Positions 1-53,900 of a stretch of 64,000 nucleotides of DNA are shown one piece after another (the first letter of the stretch is position 1; each line of letters starts with the position of its first letter). The DNA is taken from assembly GCF_964204645.1 (NCBI RefSeq), contig NC_134025.1:31166299-31230298 (forward strand). The letters are read 5' to 3'. Made by a program: the position numbers and the translations under genes. The DNA comes from Tubulanus polymorphus. Lineage: Eukaryota; Animalia; Nemertea. The notes beneath the pieces were generated by a model. The model did no database searches, was not told where the DNA came from, and saw only the letters and a program-made list of their open reading frames with translations.

Positions 1-40234
<40,234 letters not shown>

Positions 40235-40573
40235 GTTTCCGCCTTGTGATAGTGTGAGCGTTTGTGTATGTGTATCGTAGTGAATTATGGGAATTGATGC
40301 GGCGTTCGCAGCCGACACGCGCGCCTTTAGAAAATCCACGCAGACGACACTGTTTCTGAAAGATTCAAAATTCGACCCTCCAGCTTTTGAATATCATTAA
40401 TCTTTTACAAATAAACTCAAAAGTTCATTTTTGATTTAAAAATGGAAGCGTTTGATGTAATTAACGCGTACTATGATGTTGTTCACAGTCAGCTGTGGAC
40501 GCGCGCGCATCGCCACCATAGCAGACGATCGAAACAGTTCTCGATACCGCCGCCAGGTGTCAGCGCGCTCGGC

Positions 40574-40610
40574 TTTTAAAATACGTCATTCGGAAACGCT
40601 GATGACGTCA
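40574..40610 (-). promoter_or_regulatory. Candidate PDE3 promoter with palindromic CRE
   Basis: TGACGTCA at 40603-40610, half site TGACG near 40588-40584, TTTTAAAA 40581-40574, in a CpG-rich patch about 370 nt upstream of the ATG. Confidence 0.4.
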
Positions 40611-42244
40611 GAATGTGACACAAAAGGGCAAATGAAAATGAATTCACCTGCGCGATTCGTAGAAAGTGAACCAATCTCCGGATGAGGTGTTATTACTGCA
40701 AGCAAACAGGAGACAATAGATTCTACCCAGAAACCGAATATCCTAACGAATCCTTGGAAAAATTCACAGTGGCGTATTAGTTAGGGGTGAACCAAAGGTA
40801 GAGCTTGGATCCTAAAATATTCCTGCAACTATATACCAGGGTGGTACGACTTACCTGGGAATCAAGAATTTCCTTTTCCTTAAAAAATTCGGGGAATTTT
40901 GTAAAAAAGCAAAAAATCAGGCGAGTCATGGATATCTGATTAGATTGCGCGTAAAAATAAAAAAGTTTTCGTCTACGTTTAACGCGGTACTCGACTGTGT
41001 TAATCGATTGGATTCTTAGCAGATTAAATCAGCGAAAACAACGTACATGTCAGGAAATAAATAGTCAGGGAAAAAGCAAGTCAAAAAATAGCTGCAAAGC
41101 AGCGATAACGGGTTTTCTGGATGCATGTGATCGAAAGGAAAAATTAATTACCGGGTATTCGATGGAAAAAATAAAATGAGATGATTTGGATATTATCGGA
41201 GCAATCCTCTTTTTGGTTGAATGGTCTAACCCCAGTATAGTCCCTGTGATTTGGAAATTCTCGGAGCCCTCCTTTATTCACTTAATAAAAGTGGCCACTC
41301 TTGATATATACTTAAGAATTGTCTTCATATTTTGCTTGGTATTAGAGGCTGCGAGCTACTGTTTCAGCCCTGCAAACTTCAACGACTTTTGACTTGACAG
41401 AAAAAAAATAACCAACTCCGGAGACAAACAAAATTAAACACATATCTGATTATTCAATAAACATAATTATAATAATAATTTAACAATTATCATAAAGAAA
41501 AAGGCAAAGTATGAAAGAATAATAATTCACTTTCACAGTGGAAAAAAAACTAACTCTTTTTTTACAAGGGTTAGAATTATACGAACTTTCGTCACAACAA
41601 CAAATAACTATAAAAATTTACAACAAATTGTTCGGGGATTTTCTGGTATCTTACAGTTTTAACATTGAATCCGTTTGAAATTCGGGCATCAATTTGATGA
41701 TGATTTGTGAGAAAACTGATTTCAGAAGGAACTCACTATCAGGTGCTGAAGTTCAGCTCAAAGTTGGTTAAAGTTAACCAGTGGATAGTTGACATTGTGA
41801 CAATTGAAATTGCATTATAACCACATATTACCTATCCACCAGAAACTCTAACCAACTTTTGATGAACTGCCGCACACCTGGACGTGAAGATTACAATCTG
41901 CTATATACAAATCTACTTAGACTAAAAATGAAATTTCTTTATTGAGAAATAAAATTGAAAGACAATGTTTCAGACTCTTGTCTTTAGAGACCAACATCAG
42001 GTGCGTCTTCATTCTATTTATATATAGTGGGTTTTAATCTTCTAATCTATTCTCCACGTCCAGTGAACAAGGGCTATTCTACAACAAATCTCTCTGGAAT
42101 TGTCTGGAATGGTTTTTCATCAATATTAAAAAGTAAAGAGTAGAACAAGAATATTGGAATTTGATCAAATGAAATGCATTTTGTTGGGAATGACAATTCT
42201 TCGCGTCAGACAGCAGATTGTCTGATTCATGAGGGATGGGGGTG

Positions 42245-42452
42245 CAGACAGCAGATTGTCTGAGGGGCCGCAAGGTACAGACAGCAGATTGTCTGACGGG
42301 CTGCAGGATACAGACAGCAGATTGTCTGTGGGGCTGCAGGGTACCGACAGCAGGCTGTCCGATGGGCTGCAGGGTACAGATAGCAGGCTGTCCGAGGGGC
42401 TGCAGGGTACAGACAGCAGGCTGTCCGAGGGGCCGCAGGGTACAGACAGCAG
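42245..42452. repeat. 33-bp minisatellite, about 6 units
   Basis: cagacagcag(a/g)(t/c)tgtc...gggctgcagggta. Confidence 0.88.
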
Positions 42453-44462
42453 GTGGTTTGTTGATTTTGCAGAGATATTTTTGTAAAATATAAAGTAACA
42501 ACATCAGTGATAATTTTCACTACTTTGTACATAAACCTTAATTAATATTATCACAATCAGAATAAATATATACAATTTAAAAATAATACTGGATTAGTTT
42601 TTTAATGTATGGATTAATTGTTGTTCCAGCTCATTGAATCTCGGAGTAGAATATGAAATAATAATTGGACTCCAGTCGGGCACATAAACATAAACCTTTC
42701 AAATAAACAAACATAAACCTTCTTAAAAAACATCTCAGTTTAAATATTAAATATAAATGCAAAGAAAACAGTTGAACACATAAATATTAAATAGAAAATG
42801 CAGTTCACAATTGTGGACCCGGTTTTACAGTTCACATTTGACTCCAGATTTGACTCATCGAAAATGAAATGATTAAACTTTTGAGTCAACTTTGAAGTCA
42901 ATTGTGGAACCAAAAGCTGTGGAACCGGATCTGTGGAACCGGATCTGTGGAACCGGATCTGTGGAACAGGTCCTGAATCAGACATAGAAAATCATCACAA
43001 CAGAATTAACAATAAATTCAGGAGACCCAAACCAAGTTCCACACTCTTGTGTACCTCATCCTCACTCGTCAACAAAAAATGTCACGTTACGCGAGGCGAC
43101 TGAGCCCTGGCAAGCGAGGATGAGTTAACCCTTTGGTTGTGGTCTACAACAAGTCAGTAACCGGACTGAAGTTCAGTCCTTACGATAATAATTCTATCAA
43201 AATATTCAATACTACTTGAAGAAAATCTCAAAATCTGACAATATAAAGCACACTCATTCGCCACCTATTGGTCATCAGTAATAAAATTTGAAACATGATT
43301 TATGGAATAAAGTTTTAAGGAATGATATTTGGAATGTGATTCAATAAACCTTTAACTGCTAAAAGATCTAACTCTCTAACCTTATAGGCTAAATATACGT
43401 GATTTAAAACCTACTTCAAATAAATAACTAATTTGCAATGGAACAATTACAAAAACATTTCACAAATATTTGTTTCTTAATTGTAAGAAATATTCCTCCC
43501 AGGGCCAGGTTTACACTTGACAAAACAAGAGGTTAAGTTAAAACTGGTCAGTAAAACCTGGTCCAAGTTGCACATTCGTTGAATCTAACAAGTTGTTAGA
43601 TTGGTTATAGAACCAAAATGAGCTGAGGCTGGTTGTTATATTGACTATAGAATTTGGGCTTAGACTGACCTAAACTCTTAGCCACAACTCTGTACAACTG
43701 ACCACTGGTCCTGGAATTTCTTACTAATTTAGCAATGTAATACATTATACACCTGCCGTACATATTGACGCACATGAGTTCCAACCCTGGCAAGCTAGGA
43801 TGGTTAATGAAATCGTACACAGAATTAGCTGCCTGTAAAACATGAACAAATGAAGCAGTTTATTATTTATAGTCTTTACTTAAAAACTGTGACTATAGGA
43901 ATAGATCGATAAATTCAAATCAAATTAAATTCAGCCCTATTTGAAAATCAGCACAGAATTATTTGTGGAACATTTTTTCGCAACGCTGTAAACAGTTCAC
44001 TAGTCCAGTCGGTGTATGGCTATAATCTATCTTCTGGTATCAAACCTCACCCGTGCGTCAGAGGTCACTACCCCTAACGTAGTAGTGTACTCTGCTAATG
44101 AAACACACACGTCGATTCTTACACAATTTTGCAGACTTAAAACATTGGAATACAACAGAATTTTACAAATTAATACTTTTACAGATTTTACAGAGTTTAG
44201 ACATTTATGATAACATCGACAATATCTGGTTAAACAAACAAAGCTTCCAGATATATTGTATCTACGTTCCTAGAGGAGTCTTACAAGACCATAAAGTACC
44301 TTACAGGACCTTATGCAATCGTGAAAGACCGGCCTAGAGGACCCTATACAGGGCCCTGAAGGTTGTTAGATTATAGCAATAGTATTTAACATCTAGCTTA
44401 TAAGCTATGATGGCATTTACTCAAGTCAACCCTGAACAAAAGTTGACTATTAGTGTAACCCA

Positions 44463-44643
44463 TGACTAGGATAGCCAGGGACTAGCAGGGTATCCACTGA
44501 CTAGGATAGCCAGGGACTAGCAGGGTATCCACTGACTAGGATAGCCAGGGACTAGCAGGGTAGTCACTGACTAGGATAGCCAGGGACTAGCAGGGTATCC
44601 ACTGACTAGGATAGCCAGGGACTAGCAGGGTATCCACTGACTA
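44463..44643. repeat. 35-bp minisatellite, 5 units, downstream of TULP4 stop
   Basis: gactaggatagccagggactagcagggtatccact. Confidence 0.92.
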
Positions 44644-44880
44644 TAAGGATATCCACTGTTTAGAATATAAACCACCAAAAGCATGCAATCACACATACAT
44701 CATGTATCTATCAATATCATTCTATAATCTGACTAGTTAAAACAGGTTTGAACCCGGGACCTCCAGTCATTCATATATACATACATAGATGAATTAGGCT
44801 GGAGACAATGAGAAGGTGTCAGCGGTTTATGAGACAGTTAAATCCTCCTTCTTCTCCTCCTTCTCCTGTTCACAGTCAGT

Positions 44881-44997
44881 TTATTTCAGACGTTGCGTAA
44901 CGTTAGCGAGGGCGACAGCGAATGCTTGTATAGCAGTGAATGGATACTGGAAATCTAGCGTGTAAGCATTACTGTCAATACGTCCAAACTGCATCAC
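44881..44997 (-). CDS. TULP4: TULP4 terminal coding exon
   Basis: [41 protein letters not shown]; AAG acceptor. Confidence 0.94.
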   Translation of the reverse strand: MMQFGRIDSNAYTLDFQYPFTAIQAFAVALANVTQRLK

Positions 44998-47900
44998 CTT
45001 TAATACAATACAAACTCACCATTCAGACTGGTAAACTCAACTGTAATATTCTCAGTATTTTGAAGTTGATAAGTAAAACTTACAGTTCATGATATAACAG
45101 TTTTGAGTTTCTAACTAAACTTCATCATCACAGAAACCGAAATATCAAAATGATTTTAACCTTCATTTCTCTGATGATGAAGTTTAGTTGGAACATCAAA
45201 ACTGTTAGAATAAACATTTACATCATCATCAACTGTTAGTTTTGCTAATCAATAATAGAGTAGTTTCAAACAGAAAACTAATTCAAATATTGCGGTCACT
45301 TTACTTTACTCTTTGTTGTTCTAGATTTAATACAACAATCGCTTGTTTTCCTAATGTAGAATCTAATTAAGATTGAAACACTTTTTTCAAAATTCTTTCA
45401 AAATATTTCCAGATCATAAACGATAATCACAAATACCGGTATTAAAACCAGCGGAACATGATTAAAACGTACCTGTTTTCCTCTAAATTCAATCTGGAAA
45501 TTTTTAGCAGATTCCTGAGTAACTCTTCCGCCGAAGTCTAACTGATAAACCTGACTATTTTCGTTCCATAGAGGAGCTTTATTGTGCATGACGAACTGTT
45601 TCATACCAGCCATACCTCTATCAACACTTCTTCTATTCTTACGTATCTACAATTCAAATCAAAGTTATCAATTAAACAATTGTAATACAAGTGCTCAATC
45701 TGCAGCCTGTACCCTGAAACCCTCAGCCTGTACCCTGAAACCCTCAGCCTGTACCCTGCACCTCTACTCAGCCTGAACCATGTACCCCTACTCGGCATGA
45801 ACCCTGCACCCCTACTCAGACTGGATCCAAATTATACATTTTATCAACAAAAACTGATCTTTCAGACACTGATATGATTATATACCTGGATAGGATAGTT
45901 CTAGTCAGAAAGGATAGTTCCAGGCTGAAGGGAGGGTAGTTCCAGGCTGAAGGGAGGGTAGTTCCAGGCTGAAGGGAGGGTAGTTCCAGGCTGAATGGAG
46001 GGTAGTTCCAGGCTGAAGGGAGGGTAGTTCCAGGCTGAAGGGAGGGTAGTTCCAGGCTGAATGGAGGGCAGTTCCAGGCTGAATGGAGGGCAGTTCCAGG
46101 CTAAATGGAGGGTAGTTGCAGGATGAATGGAGGGTAGTTGCAGGATGAATGGAGGGTAGTTGCAGGATGAATCGAGGGCAGGTTCCAGGATGAATGGAGG
46201 GTAGTTGCAGGATGAATGGAGGGTAGTTGCGAGATGAATGGAGGGTAGTTGCAGGATGAATCGAGGGCAGGTTCCAGGATGAATGGAGGGTAGTTGCAGG
46301 ATGAATGGAGGGTAGTTCCAGGCTGAATGGAGGGTAGTTCCAGGCTGATAAGGGTAGTTGCAGGCTACAGATGAACTCACTAAACTAATCCAATACCTTT
46401 AATCTAAGTTGAGCTTTCTGAAATGTTTCTAAGTCTTTATAATTGTGACTATAAGTCATTATTTCATCGCCGCTGCATAAATATTCCTCATCTGAAGATT
46501 CTACGATGTTCTTTACGTTTTTCCACCGCCGATGGAAGAGCGGACTCTGTATTTTATGTTTACCGATGACGTCAGTTCGATTAAGACGTTTCCTCGCGAG
46601 TTTAGTCGGAGTAGCGGGTAATGAGGTACTCTGAGGTCGAGGGTGGATGATCGAACTGTTAAAACCCTCCGGTTCTCGCGAGTCTAACGACCCTCGTTTC
46701 ACGCACAGGTAGCTGTCGTTAGGCGTCGCGTGTTTCGGCGAATTTTCCGCTGATTTTTTGCCTTTTCTCAAATCTATAAAAATCTCTTCTAAACTTCGAC
46801 TTTTCCCTTGAGTTTTTAAGCAGTTTTTCGGCGCGCCTCCAATCGAACTCTTCGGCCGCGATTTATACTTAACGACTTTTTCGACGGTTTTTTCTAATTG
46901 TTTCAGCGTTTCGAGATTCAATTCGTCGTCGTCGACGATATCGTTCTCCGTTTGCTCAATAGATGGCGTAGCAGTAGCGACAGCAGATGTAGAAGGTTGA
47001 ACGTCGGAGTTCTCGTGTTTAGTTAATAGTAACCGATGTCTTAACGAATATTCCGACGTACTCGAACGTTTTAAATCGACTATAGATGGCGTTGTTAGCG
47101 TATTATCGGATTCGCACGTAAACGCGGCGTGGTTTTCCACAACGACCGGACCGCTAACGAATCCCGGACTTGGAATTCCGATGGGGCTTTGCGTTATTTC
47201 AGGAGCTATAGGTATAACGTTATCAGCTGAGAGAAAGTTCGGACGATTAGTTCCATTCGTAATCGGTGCAGTTTGACCTGAAAATAAACCTCAACATTCA
47301 AACTCGCTCAATAGAATATAGATGGCGTACCATGTCAACTGGATAGCAGGTATCTGGAGTCATTATTGAGACACCTACCGATGGACATATTTCATATTGG
47401 ATTATATATGATTATTCCTCAGATGAAAATTTTAAAAAACAGTAACTTTGTTGAAACAAATTCTCTTAGTTTCAACTTTAACCGAGTAAGAGACAACTAT
47501 ATTTCCATCAGTAAAACAGTTGCTCAAAAGGCGGCCGTTTAAATTAACCAGTGGATAAATGCCAGTGGAATTACACCGTCACCATTAACTCAAAACCATG
47601 GGCCCTCAAACGAATTTAGAGTTTATTTTTGAGTCTGTGCTCAAACCAACATGTTCCAGCACCCATAACTGGATCGAGGTGACTTACACATTTTGAGAGA
47701 GAATGATAAGAAGAATGATGATAAATACCTTGATCTTCATCTTCATCTTCACTGAAACTATGAGGACTAAAGTTCATATCTCTAGGTTGGTGTTGCATGT
47801 CGTGACTGAGTTCAGTAATCGTTACAGTCATTTGTCGCGGTTGTAAATGTAATAAACTAGTTTTATAAACTACTTGTCCTAAATCTACCGGTAAATACGA

Positions 47901-50900
47901 CGCTAGTCCGTGAATCTTAAACTTCGTTCCCCAAATATTCGACGTTACTTCAACCAGTTTATGATTCTACAAAATACAATACACAAAATGTGAATTAGTA
48001 GCTGAAATATTGCTGTAGATCTGTGGAACTGAACTGAGTCTAGAACTGGATCCAGAACTGTGGAGTTAGACTGTTAGAATTTTACTCTTAGAATTATGAT
48101 TAGCTCATTTCAAATGCCTTCACCCTAGAATCAGATCTTAACCGACAACTCTAGAACTGGATCCTGAGTATCAGAGAGGAAGAGGGAACTACGAAGAGGA
48201 AAGGGGAGAGGGACCGGGAGAAGAGAGAGGGAGAGGACGGAATGAGGAGAGGGAGAATTAGAGGAGAGAGAGGGAGGGAGAGACAGAGAGAGAGGAAGAT
48301 GAGAGAGGGAGAGATGGAAGGAAGAAGGAGCCAGGGAGAGGGAGAGGAGTGATAGAGGAAATGGGAGATAGAGAAAGAGGGAGCAGGAAAGGGAACAGGA
48401 AAGGGAGAGGACAGAATGAGAGAGGGAGAATAAGCGGAGAGGGAGGAGAGACGGAGAGGGGGAGAGAGAGGAAGATGGGAGGGAGAGATGGAGAGAGAGG
48501 GAGGGAGAGAAGAGAGAGGGAGGGAGAGAGAGATGGAGAGAGAGGGAGGGAGAGGAGGAAGGAGGTATATATATGTTACCTCTGGTAAGTTATCATCATA
48601 CAGCAGTTCATCAACTGTTTTATAAGTTTTTTGTTCAATTCGTTCGTTACGACAGATTTTAAACCGACGTCTGCGCCTCATCCTCGGAGAACCACATCCG
48701 CCGTCTGCCGGTAATTCACAATCAGAGTCTGTTTCACAACTACTGGAACTACTCGCAAATATATCTACATCAACACCTGAAAAACATCCCGTCAAAATCT
48801 CCGTCAAAAATCATAAGTTAGATAAATTAAGGATCTATAAATCTAACTAAGTCTTGGCCTTGAAATTTGGAATAACTGTAATAATTGGACCGGTCATTTA
48901 TCCAACTCGGAGGACACTAGGGGGCAGCACTAACCTGTTTTCTGGTTCGATTTGATTTTCGGATCGTATATGACGAATTCAGGACGTATTTTACTGGCTC
49001 GTTTACCCCGGAGTAACGGTATTAATCCTCCGAGATACTCCAGGTATAGAGTATAATATCCTCCGGAATTCTCTTCACCGTGACGTATCATTGTACAGTG
49101 TAATCTCTCGTTGTTAATAGGTGGCAGGCTGACGAATTCCCTCAGTTTAAACGGGTTTGGTATATATCCCTAAAACATTGAGAAATAACCATCCTTTATT
49201 CATTGCCAGTAAAAAACAGAATCCAGCAGCCAGTTCTACAGTTGTGAGTTGAGAATTGAATCATGAAAATAAACTGATTCTAACTCAGAGTTAACTATAA
49301 CTCACAACTGTGGAACTGGCTTCAGTTCTACAGGGATGTAATGTGATGTAATTTATTTCATCATCAATTATAATTACAAATAAATTGTATAACAAATAAG
49401 TAGATTGATGATGAGGGACCTGAACAGAGCCTTAAAGGCTGTACAATCACTCGGATGTTCAGGCCCCCGTGAGAAAAAAGAAGAAGATTGATGGTAATGA
49501 TAAAATGTGAGAGGATGTTTGAATATTGACATGAGTTGACTCTCACTCACAACAGTTGAAATGGGAATTACAAAGCCAGAAGTCAGTTATAAAGATGAGA
49601 ATCCAGTTCCACAGATAAGATTTGAATTTAGAGTTAATTCATCGCAAATGAACTTATTCTAACTGTATCAGAGTCTGAGAAATTGTTCAGTTTAAGTTAA
49701 AATAGGTCTTTAAAACGATCTCCCGAGTATTGATTCTATAAAACCACAACACAATCACAAACTATTACAAAACTCATACTTGAAAATAATATATTACAGC
49801 ACGATCAATTTTGCTGAGTCTCGGAATATTGAAATTGAGATGTGATATAAATCACTCTGAACTGAAACATTAAACCTGAAGAGACTGAAGAGACTCAGCA
49901 AAATCAGTTATACTGAAATATACCATTTTCAATGATGAGTTTTGCAGTTATTGTGATTCTGATGTGGTTTTATCCTCTCTCTACCAATAGTTTACAATGA
50001 TACTTACTTTAACAGTTGGAACGTATAAAGCAGATACTTGATCCATTAAAGCTTGTGGCAGTGGTGTCTTTTTAATACTAGCTTCATCAGGCATATAGCG
50101 ATTAATCAATTTTGAGCAGAGGAATTGAAGCATGACGATGTTTTTAGTGACCCATGCTGTGTGTATGTAACATCCTGTAGCTATAAACAGACGTTTGTCG
50201 TTGTGACCCCAGGTTAAAGCAGTCAGTGGTTTACCCTGAAAATAGAATAGATATCATTTCTACAAATCAGCAATAAAATCATATTTAATGAGATCCCTAG
50301 ACCCCACCGAGCAGGTTTGAAGTTTCTTGTACTCCTCAACCCACTGAGCACCACCACTCAGCAGGTTGGAGGTTTCTTGTACCCGTCAACGCATTGAGCC
50401 CAACTCAGGGTATCATTAGCAGGTTCAAGGTATATTATTCCCTCAACCCACGGAGCTTCACTCATTATAAGCATCTGTGGCACAAAAGTAAACTGCGTCT
50501 AACAATTTAAGATGATTTTTTGACTTAACACAGCAACTTGGCCACGGGTTGGAAGTCCCAATGTTACCTGACCTGATAGCTATTACATATCTCCCAGGAA
50601 TAAATGAAACCTTTTCAAGACCCATTTCTGCTGTTGTGGATGAATTTAAGGTCCTCTCTTGAAACGGGTGGATTCACAATGTGCTAGCTGTTTGGAGATA
50701 CAAGCAGGGATTACTGCAGCGTCACTGTGTTTGTCCACAATAATAAAACAACTCAATATCATATATCATATTATAATTTATTTATTCACAATGATATCTA
50801 TAAAATACAAGTTTTATACAAATTGAATAAACTTTGAAAATCTTTAAAAATCTTAACAAATTAGAGCTTTGGTAATATATATATATATATACACAATCAA

Positions 50901-53900
50901 TATATCTATAGTTCATATCACTACAAGGTATTGTTACTGAGGAATCCACCAGGTGGCGGTAGTGGTCATCCACTAGGTGGCGCTGTTCTCGTTGCTATGT
51001 TTAATTAGTTTAACGATCATGCTAACGACGTACGGAGCTGTAAGATTCATCCACTAGACGGCGCTGTTCTCGTTGCTATGTTTAATTAGTTTAACGATCA
51101 TGCTAACGACGTACGGAGCTGTAAGATTCATCCACTAGATGGCGCTGTTCTTGTTGCTATGTTTAATTAGTTTAACGATCCTGCTAACGACGTACGGAGC
51201 TGTAAGATTTAGACGTTTATTTGGTTGCATCAATTCCTCGCAAAGCGTCAGTAAATGTTCCTCCAATTTACGTTTTTCAGTTTTAGCTCGAGTTGTAAAC
51301 GATCGATTTCGTTTATTAGCGAACCACGACTTCACCTGAGCGACGGTTATTTCACAATCGACAGAGATCTGTTGTAATTGTTCGGTTGTCGGGTATGGGT
51401 TTTCGCGGTGCGATTCGAACCAGTCTAACATTGTTGTAACGGCTTTCTGCGGTAACCCCGCGTTACGAGGTTTAACCTCGTTATTCTGGTAAACTCGACG
51501 ACATCGGACGATACGACGAGTTGTCATCGGTTTCTTCGCTTTTACTTTCGGAGTTGTTGTTGCCATGGTAACGTCGCTCGTTTCAGGCGGAGTTTCGTTC
51601 ATTGTTGAGTAGCCGGATGAGTTCGCCGAATTTACAGTAGATGGCGTTGTGTTCGGTTTTACAGGTGGCGTTGCCGGCGATCTTGCTGGGATCAGCGGTG
51701 AAAACATAAACGGAGACATCGGCAGCACACGAGGCGCCATCTGTGGTAGATGATGGTAACTTATCGGTGTCGACCAGTTCAACGGTGTTGACCAGTGTCG
51801 TGGTGGTGTCGACCAGGCTGTAGGAGGCATCGACCAGGCAGCTGGTGCTGGTATCATATACGGTACTGGTTGATACGACGGAGGCATTACTGGACTATAA
51901 CGTGCTGCTGGACAGACGGCTGGGTGACCTTGACCTCGTGCTGCTGTAGTAGTGGTTGTAGACATGTTTGTTCTATCTGGTGTCAATAAGACTCAATGTG
52001 ACACTTACACCAAATCACACCATTTAAATACCCTGTACACTCTCTTATCTCTTCTCTCATTGGCTACAATCATAATTATCAGCTCAGTAATTAGTATCGA
52101 GGGTTGTGATTGGCTGCTGGTTGATACTGACTAGATCTAGTATAATCATCACTCACTCTGTAATTACTAGTATTCACAATACAATACACCACACACTATC
52201 AGACACGTACACACAAACTGACTGATCTTACTTCACTTCAATTAAGTTTGAGAAAAATTAAAGTTTCATGGTTTATAGTTACATAAAACCTATAGAATAT
52301 AGATTAAAAAAGTTCCTTTAAAAAGTATTTTTCTGAAAAACTGTTACAAGATATGATACAAAGATTTTTCAATCGAGCATTTCCAAGTGTCTAGTTACTT
52401 CTACACAGTTGGGTCAACATACTACGCAGTGTCTGCACAAAATCCTACAATAAAGTCTCCTCGAATAAGAATTATTCCATTTACTCATTCACCTGATGAT
52501 GCTATTTAGTACTTCAAATAAAAACAAGTTAACCTATAAAGTACTATCCGTCTCTCATCGGCTGTGGAGATATTTCAGGCGCGTTTCATGTTTTATCTAA
52601 TAGCCATCATCAGCCGTAGTTCTGATACATGTCCAGTATGCCTGATGATGGACTAGTTTATACGTCCATGGTTTGATGGTGGCTGAAACCTCAGTATATT
52701 CACAGCTATCAGAACATTTCATCTTTTCGTTTTCTGAATATAGAGGGATTTTCTACTGTAAATTCTAGCAGTAAAATCTGATGATAATCGACTATTCAAT
52801 ATATATTGTTAATTATAAAAAACTTTTTTGTGGAGAAAATAAATCATATCATATCATATCATATCTGATCTATAAAAATCTTGTGTCTGTGAATGTTTTA
52901 TTCAGCGTATATGGTGCGATACATCAAGGTCAATTTTTCAGAGCTAGTATCCATTTTCATTTTGGAATCTTTTAAAATTTGATGTTCAGTGCTTAAGGGC
53001 GTTGTCCAAATATGGTGTTTTTAGTCTCACAATGTATTTACTACCAATATGAAATGAGTTCAAAAATAGACCAAATACTTTATATCAATTTACTAAATAT
53101 GGACAGAAATATATTTTGTGCATTAAAAGAACAAATTATGTAATGATTCAATGAATGTACGAATAGACAGCACCAGCAGCAGCAGTGGCACCAGCAGCAC
53201 CAGCAGCTGCAGTGGCCGCCGCACCAGCACTAGCTACAGCTATCTGTAACAATCAATCAGCTCTCCAGTGATCAATAACAATGATTGACTGATCAATGAT
53301 CTATAATCTATTGATTTTATTGATTTATTGACCACTGGTCTCAGGGTTTATTGCTCTATTATAAACTTTAGTTACACTTTCGCCTCAAGACTCATAAACA
53401 GATTCTACAGTATAAAATCAGTGCACCGCAGAAAACTAATGAATTCTAGTCTCATTACACACTTAAAGATCTGCAGAACTTAATCAAAGGGATAATTAGT
53501 GATGATCTTTGTTTACTTAAGATCATCAGTAATTAGTGGGTAATTGCTCGTTTGATTAACTAGATAACTCCAATCATCTGATCAAAGGCTAATTAGTGAG
53601 CTAGATAGGTTAGTTAGTGAACTAAACTCTAACAGTAATTAACCAATTACTGATTCTAATTAGTATCAGTTCTGAATCCCTCTCAACGAGTGAAATGTGT
53701 GCGATAAGATTTTTGACAAATTTGGCAACCGACATTTTGAGAAAATCTCTGTCAAAATGTAGATTTTAATATAAATAACCAGGTTTTCCATGGAGAAATT
53801 ATCAGTGTTTTCAGAAACAACCGAGACAAAGATTAAACATGAATTTCGAAGAGAATTTCTACTTCAATATTCCATCTCCGGATGTGCAATATTTCACCGG

